Origin: a virus
IMG/VR virus record: IMGVR_UViG_3300023184_000029
Location: 96,001-160,000 of that record
Reading direction: 5' to 3' (one strand)
Length of the DNA: 64,000 nucleotides
Shown here: piece by piece, positions 7,349 through 17,470 of the stretch
Layout: the number at the start of each line of letters is the position of its first letter
How positions within the stretch are numbered: the first letter of the stretch is position 1
Made by a program: the position numbers and the translations under genes
Notes under the pieces: model-generated
What the model saw: only the letters and a program-made list of their open reading frames with translations
Told to the model about the DNA's origin: nothing
Database searches by the model: none

Positions 7349-9556
7349 ATGGCTAATAAAAAAAATTCTAAACAAAATGCTATTAATAATGCGGCCATTC
7401 CCCAATCAGATGCTTATGTTACATGGGGAGAGGATTTAGCCAGTAAACAAGAAGCTTTTAAAAAATCTGGAGAATCTTTAGAAGAATTTGTTGGTTTAGC
7501 ATCATCTTCAGAAAAAGCAGTAAGTATGAGAAGATACGGATTAGACTATTCTAATTTAGATGGTCTTACTGGTAGCAGACCCGGATTTACCAAATCTGAC
7601 TATGATTATTTTAGACCAGATGAAGCGGTTCCACAAAGAGTAAAAGAAATTCTAAAAAGAGCTGACGATATTTATCAAAGAGTTGGTTTAGTCAAAAATG
7701 TGGTTGATCTTATGGGAGATTTTGCTACTCAAGGAATCAGAATAGTTCATAAGAACAAAAGAACAGAAAGATTTTATCGTCGCTGGTTTAAAAAAATAGA
7801 AGGAAAAGATAGATCTGAAAGACTAATAAATAATTTATACAGATCTGGTAATGTTGTTATAGATAGAAGAACAGCAAAATTAACTTTAAAATCTGGAGTA
7901 CAACTATATCAAAGTCTAGGTACTGCTGATACTATCGTTAGCGATATTGATCAGAACTCTCCCTCTGTTGAGAAAAGAGAAATTCCTTGGAAATATACTT
8001 TTATAGATCCTGTATTTGTTGATGTTGCTGGAGGGTCTTTATCGTCATTTTCTAATAAGAAAAATTATGTCTTACAACTACCGGCGTCTTTGAGTAAGGC
8101 TATAAATACTCCTAAAACACCAGAAGAAAAATTAGTTGTAGAATCATTACCTCAGCAAATTATAGACGCGGCAAAAACTAAAAAACCATTTCCTTTGGAT
8201 CCTGATAAAACTATAGTTTGCCACTATAAAAAAGACGATTGGCAGTCTTGGGCTTTTCCTATGATATATTCCATTATGGACGATATAACTATTGTAGAAA
8301 AACTTAAATTAGCAGATATGGCGGCTCTTGACGGAGCTATTTCTAATATTAGGATTTTTAAATTAGGTAATCTAGAACATAGAATTATTCCTACTAAAGC
8401 AGCAACATCTAAATTAGCACAAATACTAGGAAATAATGTTGGTGGTGGTACTATGGATATTATTTGGGGTCCAGATATAGAAATGTTAGAGTCTAAGACC
8501 ACTGTTCATCAATTTTTAGGAGAAGCCAAATATATACCTCATATGAATAATGTTTATGCTGGCTTAGGTATTCCTCCCACATTAACAGGAACTTTTGCTT
8601 CCGGTGGTACAACGAATAATTTTATTTCATTAAAAACATTAACACAAAGATTACAATATGGTAGAGAAGTATTAACAAAATTTTGGGAAAATGAAATTAT
8701 GTTAGTACAAAAAGCAATGGGTTTTAAGTATCCAGCTAAGATAGAATTTGATAGAATGGATTTATCTAACGAAGATTCAGAAAAAGCACTACTAATACAA
8801 CTAGCTGATAGAAATCTTATATCCGACGAATTATTACAAACTAAATTTGGCATGGATCCTGATATGGAGAAGAGTAGACTTAATAGAGAAAACAGAGAAA
8901 GAGATAGCGAGAGAATGGTTCAAAAAGCCGGTCCTTGGTTCGATCCTACTCCAGAAAATAGTCTTAAAAAGATTGCTTTACAGACAGGGGTAGTGGCTCC
9001 TAGTCAGGTAGGTCTTGAATTAGAGAAAAAGAAATCTGGTGAACAAAGCGCTCTTCAAATGAAAGTACCAAGTTCACCAACCAAGTTGGCAAACGATTCT
9101 CCTGAATCGTTGCCTGGGCAACCAGGACAGGGAAGACCAAAAACTAGCAAAGATCAAGAAAAGCGAAAAACTAAAGTTTTCAAACCTCAAACAGGCGCAG
9201 GTTTAATGATTTGGGCGAATAAAGCTCAAGATAAAGTTAGCGAGATACTTAATCCTATTTTATTAGAATTTTATAATAAGAAAAATTTAAGAAGTCTTTC
9301 TTCAGTAGAATCCCAAGAGATAGAAAATATAAAAACAAAAGTATTATTTGGACTAGATCCATTTTCAAAAGTTGGTCAAGACACGATCTTTGAATCTTTT
9401 GCAAAGATAGACTCTGAGAACCAAACACACCTAGTAGTTGCTTATAAATTATGGCTAAAAAACATAGAAAATGATTTAAACTATAGCTTAACTGTGGATG
9501 AACAAAAACAAGCTAAAGCATCATTTTACTCTACGGTGTATATTAGCAACGCATAA
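7349..9556 (+). CDS. Portal protein with C-terminal extension
   Basis: Position between TerL and protease; size; IYQRVGLVKNVVDLMGDF and YAGLGIPP portal-like segments. Confidence 0.82.
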   Translation: MANKKNSKQNAINNAAIPQSDAYVTWGEDLASKQEAFKKSGESLEEFVGLASSSEKAVSMRRYGLDYSNLDGLTGSRPGFTKSDYDYFRPDEAVPQRVKEILKRADDIYQRVGLVKNVVDLMGDFATQGIRIVHKNKRTERFYRRWFKKIEGKDRSERLINNLYRSGNVVIDRRTAKLTLKSGVQLYQSLGTADTIVSDIDQNSPSVEKREIPWKYTFIDPVFVDVAGGSLSSFSNKKNYVLQLPASLSKAINTPKTPEEKLVVESLPQQIIDAAKTKKPFPLDPDKTIVCHYKKDDWQSWAFPMIYSIMDDITIVEKLKLADMAALDGAISNIRIFKLGNLEHRIIPTKAATSKLAQILGNNVGGGTMDIIWGPDIEMLESKTTVHQFLGEAKYIPHMNNVYAGLGIPPTLTGTFASGGTTNNFISLKTLTQRLQYGREVLTKFWENEIMLVQKAMGFKYPAKIEFDRMDLSNEDSEKALLIQLADRNLISDELLQTKFGMDPDMEKSRLNRENRERDSERMVQKAGPWFDPTPENSLKKIALQTGVVAPSQVGLELEKKKSGEQSALQMKVPSSPTKLANDSPESLPGQPGQGRPKTSKDQEKRKTKVFKPQTGAGLMIWANKAQDKVSEILNPILLEFYNKKNLRSLSSVESQEIENIKTKVLFGLDPFSKVGQDTIFESFAKIDSENQTHLVVAYKLWLKNIENDLNYSLTVDEQKQAKASFYSTVYISNA
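9535..9541 (+). promoter_or_regulatory. Putative late promoter motif GGTGTAT
   Basis: At the end of portal, 40 nt before the protease start. Confidence 0.5.
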
Positions 9557-9580
9557 ACATCATCAAATAAGGTATAAATA

Positions 9581-11083
9581 ATGAAAATTTTTCAGCAAGA
9601 AATTTCGGATGGTCTTGAGCATAAACTCCAAACATCTGCATCAATTTGTTATGCTTCTGCTGTTTCTCCTTCTTCTATAATAGATAAAAAACATATTAAA
9701 AATATGAATAAAAGTTTAGCATCTATTAATGATGGCGATTTATACTATTTACAATCTATTTTAGTTACTACATCATGGAATAAAAATGATGATATTTTTG
9801 ATAAAGAAGAGGTCTGGGCGGCTAGAAATAGCCCAGAGGACAAACCAACAAATCTAGAACATGACGAGAGTACCATTATCGGTCATATTACATCAAATTG
9901 GCCAATAACAGAAAATGGAGAGCTTATCAGTGAGGAAACCCCAGCGTCAGAACTACCTGCAAAATATCATATTTTAACAGGATCCGTTATCTATAAAGGG
10001 TTTTCTATACCAGAACTACAAGAAAGAACGCATAAACTAATATCAGAAATAGAAGAAGGTACTAAATACGTTAGTATGGAGTGTTTATTTACTGGTTTTG
10101 ATTATGGATTAGTTAATAAAAGTACTGGAGAGTATAAAGTTTTAGCTAGAAATGAAGAAACAGCATTTTTAACAAAATACCTTAGAGCATATGGTGGAGT
10201 AGGAGAACATCAAGACTATAAAATTGGTAGAGTTCTAAGAAATATTAATTTTTCTGGTAAAGGATTTGTTGACAAACCAGCTAATCCAGATAGTATAATT
10301 TTATCTAATAATCTTGTAACTAAAGCTAATGAAAATTTTTCTAACGAAAAAAATACAGTTTTACAAGATATGGGTGTATCAAATAAAGTGTCCAACCTTA
10401 ATGCGGAGAACATTACTATGAATTCAGAAGATACTACAGCAACAGTACAAGCATCAGATTGTTCAGAAGCTCACGCTCAAATTGTAGAACTACAGAACAA
10501 GGTTGTTGCTCTAGAAGCTGAAGTTAATACCAAAACAGAATCAGCAAATACAACATTTGCCAGTCTCGAAGATCTCAAAAAGCAAAACGAAGATCTTATT
10601 CAGGCCAATGAAAAATTAGGTCAAGATCTTGCAGGTGCCTCAGAAATTATAGCAGCATATAAGAACCAAGAAGAAGAAATGGCTAAGAAAGCAAAGAAAA
10701 TGAAGAGAGTTGCTGCTTTAGTTGATCTCGGTATCGATTCCGAGACAGCAACATCAACAGCTGATAAGTTTGAGTCATTAGATGACGAAACTTTTGCCAC
10801 TATGACATCTGTTTTTGCTAAAACTCTTCCTCCTTTCCTTAAGAAAAAAGAAGAAGAAGACAAAAAAGAAGATAAAGAAGAAAAGAAGACTGCTTCAAAA
10901 GATCAAGAAGATGCTGATTCAGACAAAAGCACGAAATCCTCAGTAGATATTGAAGCTCTCGACACTGTTGAAGTTGAAGATAGCGTTAGTCTCAGTATTG
11001 GTGGTCAGGTTGAATCAGCCGTTGAAACAACACGCGCCGCCTTGGTTGAATTTATTTCTAGTAGACTCGGTAAAAAACTCTAA
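9581..11083 (+). CDS. Prohead protease fused to scaffold (coiled-coil C-terminal half)
   Basis: NKNDD, NLEH (His) and VSME (Ser) protease-like motifs, then an acidic coiled coil; lies between portal and capsid genes. Confidence 0.78.
   Translation: MKIFQQEISDGLEHKLQTSASICYASAVSPSSIIDKKHIKNMNKSLASINDGDLYYLQSILVTTSWNKNDDIFDKEEVWAARNSPEDKPTNLEHDESTIIGHITSNWPITENGELISEETPASELPAKYHILTGSVIYKGFSIPELQERTHKLISEIEEGTKYVSMECLFTGFDYGLVNKSTGEYKVLARNEETAFLTKYLRAYGGVGEHQDYKIGRVLRNINFSGKGFVDKPANPDSIILSNNLVTKANENFSNEKNTVLQDMGVSNKVSNLNAENITMNSEDTTATVQASDCSEAHAQIVELQNKVVALEAEVNTKTESANTTFASLEDLKKQNEDLIQANEKLGQDLAGASEIIAAYKNQEEEMAKKAKKMKRVAALVDLGIDSETATSTADKFESLDDETFATMTSVFAKTLPPFLKKKEEEDKKEDKEEKKTASKDQEDADSDKSTKSSVDIEALDTVEVEDSVSLSIGGQVESAVETTRAALVEFISSRLGKKL
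10373..10408 (+). promoter_or_regulatory. Internal GGTGTAT motif plus GGAG RBS inside the protease gene
   Basis: GGTGTAT 10373-10379, GGAG 10405-10408, in-frame ATG 10418. Confidence 0.5.
10418..11083 (+). CDS. Probable nested scaffold protein (221 aa, in frame, starting at Met280)
   Basis: Own RBS and promoter-like motif; starts at the protease/coiled-coil boundary. Confidence 0.5.
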   Translation: MNSEDTTATVQASDCSEAHAQIVELQNKVVALEAEVNTKTESANTTFASLEDLKKQNEDLIQANEKLGQDLAGASEIIAAYKNQEEEMAKKAKKMKRVAALVDLGIDSETATSTADKFESLDDETFATMTSVFAKTLPPFLKKKEEEDKKEDKEEKKTASKDQEDADSDKSTKSSVDIEALDTVEVEDSVSLSIGGQVESAVETTRAALVEFISSRLGKKL

Positions 11084-11103
11084 AATTAATAGGGAGAAAT
11101 CAA

Positions 11104-11562
11104 ATGGCTCTTAAACCACATCGTGTTGAATCATACACAGACGTATCGAATTTCATTAACACTGCATCAGAAAGAGGCGGTATTGTAGTACACGTTTCTT
11201 CTGGTAGCGGCGTAGCCCTAGATGATGCTCTAAGTCTAGTAGCATATCCTACTGGCACTCCTAGTGGCACAAAACCAGCAGGCTTGCTACTAAATGATGT
11301 TGTTAGTTATGATCTAACTAGACAGCATCTTAACTGGTACAGAGACGAGGTTCCAGTTGGTGGTAAAGCTACAGTCTTGCGTCAAGGTCAAGTCACAACT
11401 AACCTTGTTGCCAATGGTGTTACTCCAACCGCTGGGGCTGACGCTTACTATGATGGCAGTGGTTATTTAACAACCACAAGCACTAATAGTGTTAAGGTCG
11501 GTAGATTCCTTAGTGTCCTTGATGCAGACGGTTACGTTAAAGTAGATATCAACATTACCTGA
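11104..11562 (+). CDS. Capsid decoration/cement protein
   Basis: 152-aa beta-rich protein immediately before the MCP, GGGAG RBS. Confidence 0.65.
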   Translation: MALKPHRVESYTDVSNFINTASERGGIVVHVSSGSGVALDDALSLVAYPTGTPSGTKPAGLLLNDVVSYDLTRQHLNWYRDEVPVGGKATVLRQGQVTTNLVANGVTPTAGADAYYDGSGYLTTTSTNSVKVGRFLSVLDADGYVKVDINIT

Positions 11563-11576
11563 TAAGGGAGAAAGCA

Positions 11577-12587
11577 ATGTCATCGAAAACGCAAAAATTT
11601 CAGCCCGCTCCAGAATTAACTGAACTTTTAGTTCGTTCTGGTTCACCAAATAGAGAAGTAGCCCTAGCTGCTAATGCAGAAATTGCTAAAGCACTAGAGC
11701 TTCCATTGAGAAAGGGTCTACTCAGTGGGGATATTTTAAATGGTATTTTCGAGCCAATTCAATTAGCTCAAAATGCTACTCCAGAATTTCCATTAGACTT
11801 CCTAGCCCCAGGTACAGAAAAGGACTTTGTTGCCTATACTGTTCCTAATCATGGATATATTCCAGAGCGTCATGTTGAGAGCGATTACGTCATGGTACCA
11901 ACCTACGACGTTGGCTCTTCAATCGACTATCTCTTAAAGTATGCCAGAGATGCCCGCTGGGACGTTGTTGGTCGTGCTATGGAGGTTCTAGAAGGTTCTT
12001 TCGTTAAGAAGATGAACGACGATGGTTGGCATACTGTTCTAGCTGCTGGTGTTGATCGTAACATCGTAGTTTATGATAGTGATGCTAATACAAATCAGTT
12101 TACAAAGAGACTTGTTAGTCTCATGAAGACTGTTATGCGTCGTAACGGTGGTGGTAACTCAGCATCTAATAACAGAGCTATCCTAACAGACCTTTACGTT
12201 TCTCCAGAATCTATGGAAGATATTCGTAACTGGGGTATCGATCAGATCGACGAAATTACTCGTCGTGAGATCTATACAGCTGCTGACGGTACTCTTAATC
12301 GTGTGTTTGGTGTTAATCTTCATGACCTAGATGAACTAGGCGTTGGTCAAGAATATCAGCTATTCTATAGCAATATTCTTTCTGGCGCACTACCCGGTAG
12401 TAAGAGTGAAATCGTTGTTGGTCTCGATCAGAGCAAGAACGATACATTTATTATGCCAGTTCGTCAAGAGGTTCAAATCTTCGAAGACGACACACTACAT
12501 CGTCAGAAGAGAGCCGGTTTCTATGGCTGGTCAGAGCACGGTTTTGCCGTTCTTGACAACCGTAGAGTTGTTCTTGGCGCTCTATAA
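11577..12587 (+). CDS. Major capsid protein (HK97 fold inferred)
   Basis: Position, size, strong RBS, highly biased codons (CGT, GGT, CTA) and a strong downstream terminator. Confidence 0.85.
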   Translation: MSSKTQKFQPAPELTELLVRSGSPNREVALAANAEIAKALELPLRKGLLSGDILNGIFEPIQLAQNATPEFPLDFLAPGTEKDFVAYTVPNHGYIPERHVESDYVMVPTYDVGSSIDYLLKYARDARWDVVGRAMEVLEGSFVKKMNDDGWHTVLAAGVDRNIVVYDSDANTNQFTKRLVSLMKTVMRRNGGGNSASNNRAILTDLYVSPESMEDIRNWGIDQIDEITRREIYTAADGTLNRVFGVNLHDLDELGVGQEYQLFYSNILSGALPGSKSEIVVGLDQSKNDTFIMPVRQEVQIFEDDTLHRQKRAGFYGWSEHGFAVLDNRRVVLGAL

Positions 12588-12619
12588 TTTAATTAGCTAT
12601 ATTAATAGCGAAATAAAAG

Positions 12620-12649
12620 AAGGCTGGCTTTGCGCCGGCCTTTTTTTTT
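12620..12649 (+). terminator. Rho-independent terminator after MCP
   Basis: AAGGCTGGC-TTTGC-GCCGGCCTT followed by a T run. Confidence 0.88.
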
Positions 12650-12650
12650 G

Positions 12651-12657
12651 GGTGTAT
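12651..12657 (+). promoter_or_regulatory. Putative late promoter GGTGTAT directly after the terminator
   Basis: Would restart transcription for 12706 onward. Confidence 0.55.
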
Positions 12658-12705
12658 CTTATTATAGATCGATCAAAATAACTTTTTAAATATAGGGCGA
12701 CAACT

Positions 12706-13110
12706 ATGGCAGCGGCCAAATATGATTTCGCTATAGAACAAGGTACGTCTTTTAGATTATCTTTAATATATAAAGATTCTGAAGGTAATCCGATGGATCT
12801 TACAGGTTGGTGCGCAAGAATTATTTGGAAAACAAGTAGTACTACTACTCAAATATTTTCATCTAATAATAATGATCATGATGTTTATAGATTCGAGATA
12901 GATGAACCAAATGGAAAGTTAACACTTTTATTCCCCTCAACAACTACTAATAGTTTTAATTTTAATACAGCTAAATACGATCTTGAACTACAAAGTCCAG
13001 ACGATCTATATAATGGAGGAGGTAAATATACTACTAGAATTCTTTATGGAGTTATAACTATTGTAAAAAGATTTAGTCAAATTTCATCCAATATGGATTG
13101 TAATATATGA
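12706..13110 (+). CDS. Beta-sandwich virion adaptor (BppU/LtfC-like)
   Basis: YDFAIEQGTSF...DLTGW...AKYDLELQ pattern; paralogous to the N-terminus of 21256..22263. Confidence 0.6.
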   Translation: MAAAKYDFAIEQGTSFRLSLIYKDSEGNPMDLTGWCARIIWKTSSTTTQIFSSNNNDHDVYRFEIDEPNGKLTLLFPSTTTNSFNFNTAKYDLELQSPDDLYNGGGKYTTRILYGVITIVKRFSQISSNMDCNI

Positions 13111-13367
13111 GCAATTTTATAGTTGAAATTACTGATCCTCAAGTGTATACAATAGATATTGAGACTAGTTTTGTTGATAATATTAATAATATTGAAATAC
13201 AAAGATATGATCAATATAATATTGATATAATTAATGTTGAAAGAATACTTCCTAGTGATTTACCAGACTATCCAGTTAATAGAATAATTGGTGATTTTCC
13301 AGTAGCAAGAATTAGTGGATTAGCAGAATATTTAGATAATTATCATTTTGATTGTGGCTCGCCCTGA
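13107..13367 (+). CDS. Hypothetical virion protein
   Basis: 86 aa, ATGA overlap, ends DCGSP. Confidence 0.6.
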   Translation: MSNFIVEITDPQVYTIDIETSFVDNINNIEIQRYDQYNIDIINVERILPSDLPDYPVNRIIGDFPVARISGLAEYLDNYHFDCGSP

Positions 13368-13390
13368 TTATGAAATAATGGAGAAATAAA

Positions 13391-14719
13391 ATGCCAGTTC
13401 AAACAAAAGTACAATTAAGAAGAGGTTCGTCAGTTCAATGGGCCTTATCTTCTGATGCTTTATCAGCAGGAGAAATAGGATATGATACAACACTAAAGAA
13501 ATTTAAAATTGGAGACGGATCAACATTATGGGGCAGTTTAGATTGGGCCACAACATTACCAACAGAACTAAATGAGATTATTGATGATAGAGTTAATGAT
13601 TTAGTAGTTGCTGGCAGTGGTATCGTTAAAAGTTATGACGATTCTGGTAATTCATTAACAATTAGTAGTCCATTATCTGCTGGTAGTGGTATTAGTTTAT
13701 CTTATAGCGGTGGAACTTATACCATCAACAATACCGGCATAATTACTAATGCTAGCGATATTGTTGGTTTTGATACTCAAGTAAGAACAAATAGATTAGA
13801 CCAGATGGCTGCCCCATCAGGATCAGTATCTTTAAATAGTCAAAAAATTACATCATTAGCTACTCCAACATCTGATAGTGATGCTGCTACTAAAGCTTAT
13901 GTTGATGCTGCTCGTAGCGGATTAGACGTTAAACAGAGCGTTAGGGCGGCTACCACAGCTAATATAACGTTGAGTGGCGCTCAAACTATTGATGGTGTAA
14001 ATATTGTGTCTGGTGATAGAGTATTAGTAAAAGATCAAAGTGTTGGTAGTCAAAATGGTATTTATACTGCTGCTGTTGGAAGTTGGAGTCGCTCATCTGA
14101 TGCTGATAGTGATACCGAAGTCACCGCAGGCATGTTTACTTTCGTAACAGAGGGTTCTACAAATAGTGATAGCGGTTGGGTTTTAACAACCAATGATACT
14201 ATTACACTAGAATCCACAAGCCTAACCTTTGCTCAATTTAGTGGTGCTGGTCAAATTACTGCCGGATCTGGTTTAACTAAAACTGGTAATACAATAGATA
14301 TTGGTACCGCTAGTTCTTCTAGAATTGTTGTTAATACTGATAGTATAGACTTAGCAACAGTAAGTAGATCTGATAGTAGCGGTTCAGCAGGAAGCACATT
14401 TCTACAGTCTGTGACCACAGATTCTTATGGTCGAGTAACAAGCTCAGTATCAGGAGTTTTTCACGACGCCTCAACATCTGTTAAAGGAATAGCATCTTTT
14501 GATAGTGGAGATTTTAGTGTAAGTTCGGGAGCAGTAACTATTAAAGCTAGTGGAGTAGATAATAGTCAATTGGTTAATAGTAGCATAACAGTTGGCTCAA
14601 GTTCCGTTTCATTGGGTGGCACTTTGACAAGTATTAATGGTTTAACTAGTATAAGTGGAGTTAGTGCTGGTAGTCCAACAACCCTTTACTATTGTGCTAT
14701 AGATGGTGGAACTCCCTGA
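13391..14719 (+). CDS. Fibre protein with Mtd/hyaluronidase-like N-terminal domain
   Basis: VQLRRG...GEIGYDTTLKKFKIGDG..W; KITSLATPT...DAATKAYVD; DVKQSVRAATT...GDRVLVKDQ fibre motifs; Ser/Thr/Gly-rich. Confidence 0.78.
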   Translation: MPVQTKVQLRRGSSVQWALSSDALSAGEIGYDTTLKKFKIGDGSTLWGSLDWATTLPTELNEIIDDRVNDLVVAGSGIVKSYDDSGNSLTISSPLSAGSGISLSYSGGTYTINNTGIITNASDIVGFDTQVRTNRLDQMAAPSGSVSLNSQKITSLATPTSDSDAATKAYVDAARSGLDVKQSVRAATTANITLSGAQTIDGVNIVSGDRVLVKDQSVGSQNGIYTAAVGSWSRSSDADSDTEVTAGMFTFVTEGSTNSDSGWVLTTNDTITLESTSLTFAQFSGAGQITAGSGLTKTGNTIDIGTASSSRIVVNTDSIDLATVSRSDSSGSAGSTFLQSVTTDSYGRVTSSVSGVFHDASTSVKGIASFDSGDFSVSSGAVTIKASGVDNSQLVNSSITVGSSSVSLGGTLTSINGLTSISGVSAGSPTTLYYCAIDGGTP

Positions 14720-14737
14720 TATTAGGAATTTAGAGCT

Positions 14738-15496
14738 ATGCCAGTTAATGATCTTATTACTATTAGAAAAGGAACAGCATCCGAATGGAGTAGTAGTAAT
14801 CCAGTTTTAGCTAGTGGAGAGCTCGGTTTTGACCTGTCAAACAATATATTAAAAATTGGAGACGGCTCATCAGCATGGAATAGTTTAAATAATCACTCCC
14901 ACTCCAGCATAAATATTAGCGACTTTACTGAATCTGTTCAAGATATTGTTGGTTCTGGATTTTTAGTTGCTGGAACCGGAATAGTTTTAGACTATAATGA
15001 TAGTGCTAATACTTTAACTATTAGTAGTAGTGGAACTGGCGGTGGGGTTAGCATAACTAATTTTAGTGATAATAGAATATTAACATCTGATGGAACATCA
15101 ACGGGAATAAATGCTGAAAGTAATTTAACTTTTGATGGAACTAGTTTAAAAGTTAATAATATTAATGTTAGTGTTAGTGGTCATTTTCATACTAGTTCAG
15201 ATATTAGTAATTTTAATAGTAGCGTTAGTGGACTATTACCAGTAACTAATATCTCTGCTGGATCTAATACTAGTATTAGTTCGGCTAGTGGAACTTATAC
15301 AATTAATTCAATTCCATTAATTAGTTATTCAACTACTACTAGTTTTCCAGCTTCTGGGGTTTCAACATCATATTATTTAGCTAGTGATTCTAGTAGAATA
15401 TATCAGTGGACAGGACTTCAATATGTTGAGTTAGGCGCTCAAACCGTTAGTTCAATAGATAATATTTTTCATCCATTTTTATTAGGAGGCATATAA
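14738..15496 (+). CDS. Second Mtd-N-like fibre/anchor protein
   Basis: ITIRKGT...GELGFDLSNNILKIGDG..W. Confidence 0.72.
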   Translation: MPVNDLITIRKGTASEWSSSNPVLASGELGFDLSNNILKIGDGSSAWNSLNNHSHSSINISDFTESVQDIVGSGFLVAGTGIVLDYNDSANTLTISSSGTGGGVSITNFSDNRILTSDGTSTGINAESNLTFDGTSLKVNNINVSVSGHFHTSSDISNFNSSVSGLLPVTNISAGSNTSISSASGTYTINSIPLISYSTTTSFPASGVSTSYYLASDSSRIYQWTGLQYVELGAQTVSSIDNIFHPFLLGGI

Positions 15497-15823
15497 ATGC
15501 CACAAACACATAAGGTATTAGGACAGGTTAGCCCAGCGGCCTCTTCTCTTACAACACTCTATACCGTGCCGGGAGCTACACAGACTGTTTGTTCTACAAT
15601 AAGCGTTTGCAATCTTGGGGTGTCAGCAACATTTCGAATTGCGATTCGACCAGCGGGAGTAAATCTTGCTAATCAGCATTATCTTGTCTATGACGCTACT
15701 GTTAACTCTAATGACTCTTTTTATTTGACTGTTGGCATTTCGCTGGCTGCTACGGACGTTGTTTCTGTGTTTAGTTCTACAAATACTCTGGCGTTTTCGT
15801 TGTTTGGCGTGGAGATAACCTAA
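15497..15823 (+). CDS. Small beta-rich virion protein
   Basis: 108 aa, GGAGG RBS, TTLYTVP...VCNL...FRIAI pattern common in phage appendage clusters. Confidence 0.65.
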   Translation: MPQTHKVLGQVSPAASSLTTLYTVPGATQTVCSTISVCNLGVSATFRIAIRPAGVNLANQHYLVYDATVNSNDSFYLTVGISLAATDVVSVFSSTNTLAFSLFGVEIT

Positions 15824-17463
15824 TGTCTATTACAACTGAATCACGGCCGAGATTGGCAAGCAAGTTCAATTTGCGATCAGCTGCTACTGTCACATCAAGC
15901 CTGACAACATGGGTGCGACCGGCCGATTGGTTATCATTACCAAGCGTTACCGGCCAGCAACGATTCGCTGGCTTATACCGAATTGACCCAGAAAGCAATT
16001 TCGTCGCTCTTACGGCAGCCGCCGCGTACACGGTGGATTGGGGTGACGGCACCACCACGAACCACGCGACAGGAACAACTGCCTACAAGCAATACGATTA
16101 TTCGACGATTAGCAGCACGGGTGAATCGACGCTTGGGTATCGTCAGGTCATCATTCAGGTCTATCCGCAAGGCGCGGCAAACCTAACATCGCTAAATTTG
16201 CAGACTCGCCACAACCAAAGCGGCCTCAACAGTGCTTATTACGCTGGATGGCTGGATATTGCCGTGAATGGTGCGAGCCTGACATCGCTCACGATTGGCA
16301 GCAGCACTCTTGCGATGCCGTATCTCCAGCAAGTCACGATTGGCCAGCACAACATCACCAATATGACTACCTTCTTTATGAACTGCTGGGTGCTTCAGTC
16401 TGTGCCGTTGTTTTCAACAGGCAGCGTGACAACCATGAGCAATATGTTTCAAGAGTGTCGTATGCTTCAGGTAGTTCCACAATTCAATACGGCATCGGTC
16501 ACAAACTTTGGTGCTATGTTTAGTAATTGCCGGGCACTGATAACGATACCACTCTTCAACACCTCATCGGCAACAAGTATGGCTAACATGTTCAGCGGCT
16601 GTAGGAACCTCCAGTATGTGCCGCTTCTCAATACAGCAACAGTAACCACCATGAGCTCAATGTTCAACGGCTGCTCCATGCTTCAGTCGGTACCGCTTTT
16701 CAACACAACATTGACCACAAACATGAGTTCAATGTTCAATCTCTGTAGTGCGTTGTCTTCAATACCTCTTTTCAATACGGCATCGGCAACGAATATGAAC
16801 TCAATGTTCTACGGCTGCAAGCAGTTGACTACTGTTCCTCTTTTCAATACCGCTCTTGTCACAGATATGAGCAGCATGTTCAACGAGTGCGAAGCACTCA
16901 CCAGCGTTCCACTATTCAATACATCTTCGCTCACAAACATAAATACCATGTTTAGACTTTGTTTTTCTCTTACCACCATTCCTCTTTTCAACACGGCATC
17001 CGTCACTAATTTTACGAATTTGTTTTCCGGCTGTACCGCGCTCATCAGTGTTCCGCTTCTGAATACAGCGGCAGCCACGAATATGAATAATATGTTTGTA
17101 ACCTGCAACGCCCTTCAATCTGTGCCACTATTCAACATGGCTTCAGTTACCAACACACAAGGCATGTTCAATGGATGTTGGTCACTCATCAACGTTCCTG
17201 CGTTGAACACTTCCTCTGTCACTTCGGGCAACTTCGCGTTAATGTTTAGCGGCTGCTCGTCACTATCCTCTGCTCCGCTGTCTGGCACGAACCAGAACAT
17301 CAGCTACGCATCGTGCAAGCTGTCGGCAGCCGCGCTCAACGCTATCTACACGGGACTGTCTGCGACTGGTACTGGAAAGACCATCACTGTTACTGGTAAC
17401 TGGGGAACAGCATCTCATGATACTTCAATCGCCACATCAAAAGGGTGGACCGTAACGGTCTAA
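15823..17463 (+). CDS. BspA/DUF285-like surface repeat protein (LRR-like solenoid)
   Basis: About 13 tandem 24-aa repeats NTxSVTNMxxMFxxCxxLxSVPLF. Confidence 0.85.
   Translation: MSITTESRPRLASKFNLRSAATVTSSLTTWVRPADWLSLPSVTGQQRFAGLYRIDPESNFVALTAAAAYTVDWGDGTTTNHATGTTAYKQYDYSTISSTGESTLGYRQVIIQVYPQGAANLTSLNLQTRHNQSGLNSAYYAGWLDIAVNGASLTSLTIGSSTLAMPYLQQVTIGQHNITNMTTFFMNCWVLQSVPLFSTGSVTTMSNMFQECRMLQVVPQFNTASVTNFGAMFSNCRALITIPLFNTSSATSMANMFSGCRNLQYVPLLNTATVTTMSSMFNGCSMLQSVPLFNTTLTTNMSSMFNLCSALSSIPLFNTASATNMNSMFYGCKQLTTVPLFNTALVTDMSSMFNECEALTSVPLFNTSSLTNINTMFRLCFSLTTIPLFNTASVTNFTNLFSGCTALISVPLLNTAAATNMNNMFVTCNALQSVPLFNMASVTNTQGMFNGCWSLINVPALNTSSVTSGNFALMFSGCSSLSSAPLSGTNQNISYASCKLSAAALNAIYTGLSATGTGKTITVTGNWGTASHDTSIATSKGWTVTV
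16340..17280 (+). repeat. Coding tandem repeats with 72-bp period
   Basis: TTCAAT/TTCAAC anchors recur 72 bp apart (Asn codons at 16486 and 16558). Confidence 0.85.
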
Positions 17464-17470
17464 TCAAAAT

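Noticed and set aside
16340-17280. CRISPR-like array
   Set aside because: The 72-bp period is an in-frame protein repeat with degenerate codons, not identical repeats with unique spacers; no cas genes.
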